From Nanobdellota archaeon (GTDB lineage: Archaea > Nanobdellota > Nanobdellia > Pacearchaeales > GW2011-AR1), in NCBI GenBank assembly GCA_018901675.1, contig JAHIEH010000067.1, positions 1 through 33,408 of the forward strand: a stretch of 33,408 nt of DNA, written 5' to 3'. The position numbers and the translations under genes are program-made. The notes beneath the pieces were generated by a model. That model did not search any database. It saw only the letters and a list, made by a program, of their open reading frames with translations, and was not told where the DNA came from. Positions 1 through 6,715 of the stretch are shown here, one piece after another. Every line of letters starts with the position of its first letter. The stretch's first letter is position 1.

Positions 1-208
1 AAGATAAGACTATTCCTTTTTGTCAAGATAATCATCGTTTAGTCAAGAGAGATAAAGTCAGAAAATATGAATTTGATCTCCTTCAATAGATTCTATAAAT
101 CTTGTTTCTTTTTAAGAGGTATGAAATGCTCTGATGGTTTGTTGCCCAGGCATAAAAAGCAGGTGTTATAGGCAAAGTTTAAAAACAAATTTTATGATGA
201 TATATTAA

Positions 209-280
209 GCTCGCATGGTCTAACGGCTATGACACTACCCTGTCACGGTGGCAATCCGAGTTCGACTCTCGGTGCGGGCG
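209..280 (+). tRNA. tRNA-Asp (anticodon GTC)
   Basis: Cloverleaf folded by hand. Acceptor GCTCGCA/TGCGGGC (one G-U). Anticodon arm CTACC-CTGTCAC-GGTGG gives anticodon GTC. T arm CCGAG-TTCGACT-CTCGG, discriminator G, 72 nt, no encoded CCA. TATA-like TTTAAAAA at 178-185 and a T-run at 281-284. Confidence 0.92.
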
Positions 281-362
281 TTTTGAATTTCACTATTCTA
301 AGCATACCAATTAAGAAATGCAGAACGCACGTAGGGCGTTGATTCTTATTGAATGGGGAGTT

Positions 363-863
363 TTAAGAAAAGTTTGAACAATTAAGGAAAAGAACGTTCC
401 AATCTGCTATTGGATTTGAATTATAGACATTTTTTAGTAAACTCATTAAGAGTATGGAACAAGAAACAATGAGTATTGAAATCAATAATTCTGTTAATAG
501 ATTAACCCCTTTTCTTTTGTAAGAGAAATATGTTAAAAATAATGAGATTATAATTAATGGTAGAAAAAATAAAAGCTCTGCTTTAATTCCTGCATAAGTT
601 ATTTTTTTCTTATTTTCTAAAGATAAAGAATTGAATGCCTCACAATCTTTTTTAGAAGCAGGGTTTGCTTTTCCTAATTGATTGAACATATCTTCAAAAT
701 TTCTTGGGATGTTTAGAGAATAAGTTATATTAACCCCATATTTCTCCGCTGTTTCTACATGGCCAAGTTTTTCATGAACATAAGATGAAAAAGGGATAAG
801 AATTAAACAAAAGAGAATACCAAATAGGATTAACATAGCAATTAATTTAAGATGTTCTCTCAT
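363..863 (-). CDS. Small polytopic membrane protein with HExxH motif (putative membrane zinc metalloprotease)
   Basis: ATG-initiated 166-aa ORF. Several hydrophobic segments, and HEKLGH directly after the first hydrophobic helix, as in M50/zincin-like membrane peptidases. Motif-level call only. Confidence 0.45.
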   Translation of the reverse strand: MREHLKLIAMLILFGILFCLILIPFSSYVHEKLGHVETAEKYGVNITYSLNIPRNFEDMFNQLGKANPASKKDCEAFNSLSLENKKKITYAGIKAELLFFLPLIIISLFLTYFSYKRKGVNLLTELLISILIVSCSILLMSLLKNVYNSNPIADWNVLFLNCSNFS

Positions 864-928
864 TTTTTCTTTAGTTTTATCTCCCCACGCTAATAAACTT
901 TATAATATGCCCCCTCTTTATATTACTT

Positions 929-1594
929 ATGAAAATCAAAGATCTACCGGACTCTTCTAAACCTAGAGAAAGGTTTCTGAAATATGGGCCAGAAGTATTA
1001 AGTGATGCGGAGTTATTCGCGATAATATTGAGAACAGGAAGCAAAGGGGAGAATGTAGTAGATATGTCTAATCGACTTATTGCTGAATATGGCTTAGATA
1101 AGTTGTTTGAATGTTCATTAAAAGAACTGCAGGAAATAAAAGGAATTGGTCCAAGTAAGGCGATGCAAATACTAACCATTGCAGAGCTTCAAAAAAGGAC
1201 GAATCAGGCAAAAAAGCCTGTTAAGAAAATAACATGTGCAAAAGATGTTTTTGATTATTTTCATGAAAGGCTGAAAGATGAAAAGCAAGAGCATTTTTAT
1301 GTATTAATGCTGAATAATCAAAACAATATAATTGGGGAGCATCTAGTAAGCAAAGGAATTCTTGATGCTTCAATCTTGCATCCCAGAGAAGTTTTTAAGC
1401 CTGCGATAAAAAACTCTGCATCAAAGATAATTTTAATACATAACCATCCAAGTGGGGATCCTGAGCCAAGTGGGGAGGATTTAGATATAACAGAAAAATT
1501 GGTGAAAGCGGGAGAGGAATTGGGGATAAAGGTTTTGGATAGTGTGATTATTGGGGGAGAGAGGTGGTGGAGTTGGAAAGAAAGCTCAAATTAA
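929..1594 (+). CDS. radC: RadC-like JAMM/MPN domain protein (UPF0758)
   Basis: N-terminal helix-hairpin-helix region (LSDAELFAIILRTGSKGENV, IKGIGPSKA). C-terminal JAMM motif HNHPSGDPEPSGEDLDIT. Typical length of 221 aa. Confidence 0.9.
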   Translation: MKIKDLPDSSKPRERFLKYGPEVLSDAELFAIILRTGSKGENVVDMSNRLIAEYGLDKLFECSLKELQEIKGIGPSKAMQILTIAELQKRTNQAKKPVKKITCAKDVFDYFHERLKDEKQEHFYVLMLNNQNNIIGEHLVSKGILDASILHPREVFKPAIKNSASKIILIHNHPSGDPEPSGEDLDITEKLVKAGEELGIKVLDSVIIGGERWWSWKESSN

Positions 1595-1812
1595 TCAACA
1601 GAAGAACAAGGCAATTTTCCCCTTAATCTTTTTAGTTCCTGTTTAAAATGTTTTCTACATAAATAACTCCAACCCCTGTCTTCATGTTTCTTTTCAAGTA
1701 AGAAGGGATAAACTTCCTTATATGCAAGATTTTTACATTTTCCCTCATAATCGCATAATGGTCTTCTTTTTCTATTAACAATTTTATGCCTTATTGTACT
1801 TTTTAATCCCAT
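1591..1812 (-). CDS. Small basic Cys/His-containing protein, unknown function
   Basis: 73-aa ATG ORF. Its 3' end overlaps the radC stop by 4 nt (convergent). Cys pairs CDYEGKC and LCRKH suggest a small metal-binding fold. No family recognised. Confidence 0.3.
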   Translation of the reverse strand: MGLKSTIRHKIVNRKRRPLCDYEGKCKNLAYKEVYPFLLEKKHEDRGWSYLCRKHFKQELKRLRGKLPCSSVD

Positions 1813-1842
1813 TCTATTTTGCTCCCCCCCTTTGTGATGATA

Positions 1843-1989
1843 TTATAAGCGCTCTCTAAGTCTCTTGAAGGAATATCTATTTCCCCCTTTTTTATTTAAG
1901 CAAACAGTTATTCCATTCAATTCTCCACTTCTTTGCATTTTATTAAACATTTTTCTTCCGTATTTTATTTTGGCTTCTTTTGGTGTCAT
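1843..1989 (-). CDS. Possible 48-aa basic small protein (below ORF-track cutoff)
   Basis: Hand translation gives MTPKEAKIKYGRKMFNKMQRSGELNGITVCLNKKGGNRYSFKRLRERL. Same strand and just upstream of 1591..1812. No homology recognised. Confidence 0.15.
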   Translation of the reverse strand: MTPKEAKIKYGRKMFNKMQRSGELNGITVCLNKKGGNRYSFKRLRERL

Positions 1990-2296
1990 TTTAATATCAA
2001 AAAGTCCTTAAGTATTACCCCCCACTAAAGTGTGTGGTTTGTTTGGACTTTTGGATGCTCAAGAATGCTTGCGAAAACCGCATCCTTTAGGATGCAGATG
2101 AGCATTCTTGACATAAAAGGTCAATAGGAAAAGGATTAGATAATGATCTTTAATCTGTAATCCTTGAGGGATTATCTTTAATCTTAATCATTAAATCTTC
2201 ACAGCACAACACAAAATTTTATTTTGTAATTTCCAATAAAGGAAGTTATTCTAATTCACTCTTACCTACTGACCCCACATAGCTATGTGAATATGA

Positions 2297-2761
2297 TTAT
2301 TCCAAGAGTTTAGTATTCCAATTAGCTAATTGTATCCTATTATCTAAATTTGATTTTTCATTCTCAAGTTTTTCAATGTCGTCTTCTATTTCAGATTCAT
2401 CTAATTGACTAATAAGTGTCTTTGTTTCTTTTTCAGAATACCAAGAACTTCTTTTTCTTTCAAATAGAGTATTTAATTGAGCAATTTTACTCCTAATATC
2501 CCCTACTTTGATTATGGCTTCTGCCAAATTAATCTTTTCTCCTGAAATTCCAGAATCAAGATTCGTTTTTGCAATCTTTATTTTTAATTTTCTTATCTCA
2601 TCAATTTTAAAATTTATTTCTTCTGTAAGTTTTTTGGGATCAAATTCTGATTTCTTTCCTTCTTCGATATAAACATTTTCTTTTCTTAGGTTAATTAATC
2701 TGACTAACCTATTTTTTTCTTTTTTTAATAAACTTAATGCTTCGCCTATATTCATTTTCAT
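2297..2761 (-). CDS. Coiled-coil protein resembling the DIP1984 (septicolysin-like) family
   Basis: 154 aa. N-terminal LxEALxLLKxxKNRL, an internal AEAIxxxxDIRSKIxxL segment, and the characteristic C-terminal ending RIQLANWNTKLLE. GGAG lies just 5' of the ATG. Family assignment is from memory of the consensus. Confidence 0.45.
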   Translation of the reverse strand: MKMNIGEALSLLKKEKNRLVRLINLRKENVYIEEGKKSEFDPKKLTEEINFKIDEIRKLKIKIAKTNLDSGISGEKINLAEAIIKVGDIRSKIAQLNTLFERKRSSWYSEKETKTLISQLDESEIEDDIEKLENEKSNLDNRIQLANWNTKLLE

Positions 2762-2829
2762 CTCCTTAAAAACTTAAAATTAATTAAACTTAAATAATCA
2801 ATGTGTAAGTTTTTGCACCCACAAAAACT

Positions 2830-3027
2830 TCAGCTCTTCTTTTTTCTGTCAAGATAGGTAACTATAATCTGTCTTCCTTTCTCATCTTCAGCAAGGTAAG
2901 AGAAAAGTTCCTGACCCTTTTCAAGGCAACATCCATCAACTATCAGCTTATTAATTGAAATATATGCTGTTGCTCTTTTGAAAATAATTTTGCTTTTCCA
3001 ACCCACTCCAACAAATTTATTTTTCAT
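2830..3027 (-). CDS. Small hypothetical protein (possibly swapped-hairpin/AbrB-like)
   Basis: 65-aa ATG ORF with a TATA box (3049-3058) 22-31 nt upstream. Divergent from the AbrB-like small ORF at 3136. Confidence 0.35.
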   Translation of the reverse strand: MKNKFVGVGWKSKIIFKRATAYISINKLIVDGCCLEKGQELFSYLAEDEKGRQIIVTYLDRKKKS

Positions 3028-3047
3028 TAGTTAGATAAGAAAACTAG

Positions 3048-3112
3048 ATTTATAAATATGTAGGTACCGACATAGTAACTTTAAAGTAGTAGGTTCCGAC
3101 AAGTATAAAAAA
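3048..3112. promoter_or_regulatory. Divergent promoter region with two TATA boxes and a direct repeat GTAGGTWCCGACA
   Basis: ATTTATAAATAT at 3048-3059 serves the minus gene that starts at 3027. TATAAAAAA at 3104-3112 serves the plus ORF that starts at 3136. Between them lie GTAGGTACCGACA (3060-3072) and GTAGGTTCCGACA (3089-3101). Confidence 0.4.
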
Positions 3113-3135
3113 GCTGTTCCTCTAGCATTAACTGT

Positions 3136-3303
3136 ATGAAAATTCAGAAACAACTTTCAAATAAGAGAAAAAATAAGAAATATTACAAGTACGCAGTTAT
3201 TATTCCCCCCATGTATGTTAAAGAATCGGGTTTAGAAGGATATGAACTTGAAGCAGAAGTAAACAAGGGAGAAATAAAAATAAAGAAGAAAAAAGAGCAT
3301 TAA
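3136..3303 (+). CDS. 55-aa SpoVT/AbrB-like small DNA-binding protein (antitoxin-like), below ORF-track cutoff
   Basis: Hand translation gives MKIQKQLSNKRKNKKYYKYAVIIPPMYVKESGLEGYELEAEVNKGEIKIKKKKEH. The xxIPxxxxxxxGLxxGxxL...V pattern is typical of AbrB/MazE swapped-hairpin domains. Confidence 0.35.
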   Translation: MKIQKQLSNKRKNKKYYKYAVIIPPMYVKESGLEGYELEAEVNKGEIKIKKKKEH

Positions 3304-3929
3304 TTTTCAAATAATAAATTCTTTAATTTTGGCTTCTTATGGTTCTTTAATCTTAAATCATTCTCTACAAAGTCGTAGCTTCCAGAGTCTATATGTTTAT
3401 CAGCAGTTACAAAGAAGAAAATATCTCTATTCTGTTGCATTTGCATTGCGCTGGTTAAGACTCTACAATCTGCAAAATCCACAATAAATTCATGAACAAT
3501 TGAAAGAATAAAGTGATCTAAATCTGATTTTTTTATACTTATTTCATTTACTTTATTTTTTAAAAATAAAGCTACCGAGACATTTAAAAAATCAATTTCA
3601 GAATCAAATTCTTTTTTTAGCTTAATAATATTTTTCTCTTTAAGCTTTGAATATATATTTTGGGCGAAAATAGCGTCTCCTTTATTTAAGAAATTAGTTT
3701 TTGTATAGTCTATTTCATAAGTAGGGTTTTTTATTTTTCTTAAAACACATTCATACATCTTTTTTCTTTGAAGAATAACTCTGCGTAACTCTTCCTTAAC
3801 TATAAAAGAAATCAATATTTTAGTGTTTGAAGATTTTATGTACTCAAAGCACTTTTTCCGAAGTTGCTCTTCTATATAATTATACTCTATATATTTTACA
3901 ATAATCATGCTGTCTAAAAAAGAATCCAT
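3300..3929 (-). CDS. PIN-like nuclease with a large insertion (putative toxin or effector)
   Basis: The track ORF starts at TTG 3944. The ATG at 3929 is preceded by GGAGAG 10 nt upstream. Candidate PIN acidic residues lie in FLDSMIIV, VKEELRRV, DCRVLTSAMQ and FVTADKH, with about 100 aa inserted between the second and third. Confidence 0.4.
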   Translation of the reverse strand: MDSFLDSMIIVKYIEYNYIEEQLRKKCFEYIKSSNTKILISFIVKEELRRVILQRKKMYECVLRKIKNPTYEIDYTKTNFLNKGDAIFAQNIYSKLKEKNIIKLKKEFDSEIDFLNVSVALFLKNKVNEISIKKSDLDHFILSIVHEFIVDFADCRVLTSAMQMQQNRDIFFFVTADKHIDSGSYDFVENDLRLKNHKKPKLKNLLFEN

Positions 3930-3931
3930 CT

Positions 3932-4978
3932 TTATTCTCTCCAAACCTCGCTATCCAGCCATTGATCTACTACTTTTCTTGCTTCTTTATCAATTTCAGT
4001 GATGTTTGGAGGAGAAATCTTCTCCGGCAGATGTTCTAAATAAAATTCTCTTAATTCGCTTATATTTTCACTCGCTAAATGGCTTTTTGTCTCAATTACC
4101 TGGCCAAGCAAAATTCCTATTTCATCTTTTGGATAACCCAATTTTATTAATGAGTCTATTAACATCTTTGAAGCAATGTATTTCCATAAAGAATCAAAAG
4201 ACAGTAGAAATTTATTCTGAAACTGAGGATTATCAAAAAGTTTAAGATAATTCGCCCCGGATATTATCCCATAAAACTCGCTTATTATCTCTTCAAAATT
4301 TTTATCATAAGAAAGTGTTGCAGTGAGAAACTCAAAAAAAAGATCTGGAATCAAATCATATTTCTGGGTCTCTAACCCGGTATAAATCTTTTCTTTTAGA
4401 ATATATAACTCATTCTTGCTATTTTGGTAGCATTCAACCCTTAATTCTCTAACCTTCTCTCTTCTTCTTTCTTTTATCCAGTTCATTATATGCTCTTTGA
4501 TTTTCTCAGAGTTTTTAGGCATATACCCCGGGGAATAATCTTTTTGCAGATCAATAATCATCAAAGGCATTGGTCCATGAATATACCAAACAATTGGAAG
4601 ATTTAGTTTTAATTCAGAATTAATATGATAAGTTAGTTTAGCCAAATCAGTTCTTCTGATAGGTTTTCCGAGTATTTCTTTATGAATCTTAATTGCATTA
4701 TAAAAAATAAATTTAAGCATTTGTCTTTGATCTTCTTCAATAGGGAGATTATAATAGGTATCTCCAGTTATCTTTTGATAGATTATGTTTTTCTCTCCGA
4801 AAACAATCTCTTTTATCTTTTTTTCTCCAATAAGTTCATCTATATAATTCTTAACAGTAGACCAATTAGAATTTATTGCTTTGCTTATCTCTTGAGCATT
4901 AAGCGGTTTATTGTTTAAAGCTTCAAGTATCCTTTGCTTAATCTCTTCCGGGGTTTTTCTTTCATTTAAATCTGCCAT
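3932..4978 (-). CDS. wHTH DNA-binding protein with a large uncharacterised C-terminal domain
   Basis: 348 aa. The N-terminal winged-helix signature is RILEALNNKPLNAQEISKAINSNWSTVKNYIDELIGEKKIKE. Its stop lies 2 nt from the PIN-like gene start, so they look like an operon. Confidence 0.6.
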   Translation of the reverse strand: MADLNERKTPEEIKQRILEALNNKPLNAQEISKAINSNWSTVKNYIDELIGEKKIKEIVFGEKNIIYQKITGDTYYNLPIEEDQRQMLKFIFYNAIKIHKEILGKPIRRTDLAKLTYHINSELKLNLPIVWYIHGPMPLMIIDLQKDYSPGYMPKNSEKIKEHIMNWIKERRREKVRELRVECYQNSKNELYILKEKIYTGLETQKYDLIPDLFFEFLTATLSYDKNFEEIISEFYGIISGANYLKLFDNPQFQNKFLLSFDSLWKYIASKMLIDSLIKLGYPKDEIGILLGQVIETKSHLASENISELREFYLEHLPEKISPPNITEIDKEARKVVDQWLDSEVWRE

Positions 4979-5306
4979 TAGGATTCACACTCTTTTTCAT
5001 ACTCTATGGACAAAAGAGATGTATTTAAATATTACTATAGTAAATATGCAATAATCTATACAGATAGTATAGAACAATGGTCTTTAAAAAAGTGTTTGCA
5101 ATGTGAACTTCGTGATAAGGGGGATTTCAGAAAGAGTAAGACGGTAATCAGAAAAACAGTTAAGTGAGTCTTGTAAAGGTTCAGAATCGGGACAAATTAA
5201 TGCCCCCGAAGCTTAAGCAAGGTCCTATCGCTTTCGCTCGGACCAGACCTTAAGTATCCCTATACTCTTGAGGGCTGGAAAGTATTTATAATTTTTGGGG
5301 GGTTGT

Positions 5307-5331
5307 AGGCAGTATAGTTCTGGGGGGAGAG
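5307..5331 (+). repeat. 25-bp perfect direct repeat, copy 1 (AGGCAGTATAGTTCTGGGGGGAGAG), followed by a G/A-rich tract to about 5370
   Basis: Identical 25-mer at 6167-6191. The following tract GGGGGGAGAGAGGGAGAGGGGGAGAAGGGGAGGAGG has four or more G-runs of at least 3. Confidence 0.9.
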
Positions 5332-5372
5332 AGGGAGAGGGGGAGAAGGGGAGGAGGAAGAGAGGGAGAATT

Positions 5373-5723
5373 TTAATAATGCCCTTTTTTCTCGTAATCG
5401 CTATGGTCTTCTTCAACTTCCAAGATAATTTGAAGGACTTTAAATTCTCCTCCAGAAACAACAGTGTAAAATCCTCTTGATCCTCTTGTTAATTTAATCA
5501 TAAATAGATTTGTTACACCATACTTCTTTTCATAGTAATTGTAAATAGGAAGTTTTTTTGAAATTGGTAGTCCTGTTCTTTTTTCTTTTAAGAATTGGAT
5601 TGCTTTTAAAATAAGAAAGTAGAATTTTTCATTTGTTTTGTTTCCTTTTAATAATTCTGATTCTATATCTGTTTTAGATTTAAATAATTCAGAAGATAAC
5701 TGAACTATAAATTCCTTTTCCAT
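5373..5723 (-). CDS. RelE/ParE-superfamily toxin-like protein
   Basis: 116 aa. C-terminal pattern NLFMIKLTRGSRGFYTVV...FKVLQIILEVEEDHSDYEK matches the RelE/ParE core (xxRxxYxx...vxixxvxxHxxYe). Its start overlaps the upstream gene stop (TAATG). Confidence 0.5.
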   Translation of the reverse strand: MEKEFIVQLSSELFKSKTDIESELLKGNKTNEKFYFLILKAIQFLKEKRTGLPISKKLPIYNYYEKKYGVTNLFMIKLTRGSRGFYTVVSGGEFKVLQIILEVEEDHSDYEKKGHY

Positions 5724-5980
5724 TAAATGCTTACCGCTCCCTGGATTAATTCATTTAATTTTTTATTGTTAGGGAAAATCCAGACAATTTTATCTTCATC
5801 AAAAATTATTTTATTGGACTTTTCCAAGTAGTTTAAAATTAGCTTAAATGTTTGATATTGCATTTTTTTTGGAAGAGATTTCCATAATTCCATTCTTGTG
5901 GGGTAATCTTTTGTCTCTTGAATTATCTTTTCTACCATTAAAATTGAGTCTAATTGGGGGTAATGTAATACATTTTCCAT
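5723..5980 (-). CDS. Small wHTH-like protein, putative cognate antitoxin
   Basis: 85-aa ORF translationally coupled to the RelE-like gene, with helix-rich winged-helix-like spacing. Assigned by position. Confidence 0.45.
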   Translation of the reverse strand: MENVLHYPQLDSILMVEKIIQETKDYPTRMELWKSLPKKMQYQTFKLILNYLEKSNKIIFDEDKIVWIFPNNKKLNELIQGAVSI

Positions 5981-6037
5981 TGTATAAGTGTATACAATAG
6001 AGTTTTTAAACTTTTCTGTGAATTCGTGTGATTGATG

Positions 6038-6232
6038 AGTCTGGAAATGGAAAGGGAGAGAAGGAGGAGTTGGAGAGGGAGTTGCAGGTGTAAGAAGGTT
6101 TAGGGAAGGGGGTTTGAGGGTGGGAAGAGGGGAAAGGGGGATAAATTTTTATAGGAGAGGAGTAAAAGGCAGTATAGTTCTGGGGGGAGAGCGAGTTGCA
6201 GGTGTAAGAAGGGGTGAGGGAATTAATTTTAT
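6038..6232 (+). repeat. G/A-rich low-complexity element with an internal 20-bp direct repeat and copy 2 of the 25-bp repeat
   Basis: GAGTTGCAGGTGTAAGAAGG occurs at 6079-6098 and 6193-6212. The 25-mer is at 6167-6191. A G-quadruplex-type run GGGAAGGGGGTTTGAGGGTGGGAAGAGGGGAAAGGGGG lies at 6103-6140. Confidence 0.9.
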
Positions 6233-6295
6233 CGGGAAAGGTGCTAAATAATAAAAACATCACCTTAAAAAATAACAACTTTAATCCATCAATAC

Positions 6296-6487
6296 CTAAA
6301 ATACCCTTTTAGATAGAGTTACTAAAATACCGATAACTCCTAATCCTCCGAAAATTATTCCAAGAGTTATACCCGACTTAATAGCTAATTGAGATGCGTC
6401 TTGGTTTATGCCTGTATTAGCTAAAATTATTCCTGCTAATATCAAAACCCCCACAATACCTGTTGCCCCGAGTAATTTTTGTGTCAT
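6296..6487 (-). CDS. Small two-helix membrane protein
   Basis: The track ORF starts at GTG 6535. The ATG at 6487 is preceded by GGAGGTAAAA. The 63-aa product MTQKLLGATGIVGVLILAGIIL...GITLGIIFGGLGVIGILVTL has two hydrophobic Gly-rich helices. Confidence 0.5.
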   Translation of the reverse strand: MTQKLLGATGIVGVLILAGIILANTGINQDASQLAIKSGITLGIIFGGLGVIGILVTLSKRVF

Positions 6488-6715
6488 TTTTACCTCCTCT
6501 AAGCTTTTAACAAAAGATATATAAACTGTTACCACGTTCTTTTTTTATTGGTAAAAAGAGGGGCTTAGTTTCATTTCTTTTATTTTTAGTTTTTAGTATA
6601 AACTTAACCTTACATACTTTAGAAGTAATCAGAGAGATGAATCTCCGATCACCTCTCTTTTATAATCTATTTGGAATTAAACTATTTAAAAATATACGTT
6701 GTAGAGTGATATTTT

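Noticed and set aside
5225-5480. ORFs 5225..5461 (minus) and 5295..5480 (plus)
   Set aside because: Their translations are dominated by the G/A-rich repeat (GGREGEGEKGRRKRG, or PSPSLPPE on the other strand). They overlap the RelE-like gene 3' end, so they are repeat read-through rather than genes.
5307-6212. Possible CRISPR array suggested by the repeated 25-mers and 20-mers
   Set aside because: There are only two copies of each, with irregular spacing (860 bp and 114 bp). The sequence between the 25-mers contains protein-coding genes, and no cas genes other than a solo Cas4-like nuclease lie 10 kb away.
6006-6278. ORF 6006..6278 (minus), 90 aa, with the duplicated peptide PSYTCNSLS
   Set aside because: The internal duplication simply reflects the 20-bp DNA repeat in a purine-rich element. 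There is no start context and the composition is low-complexity.
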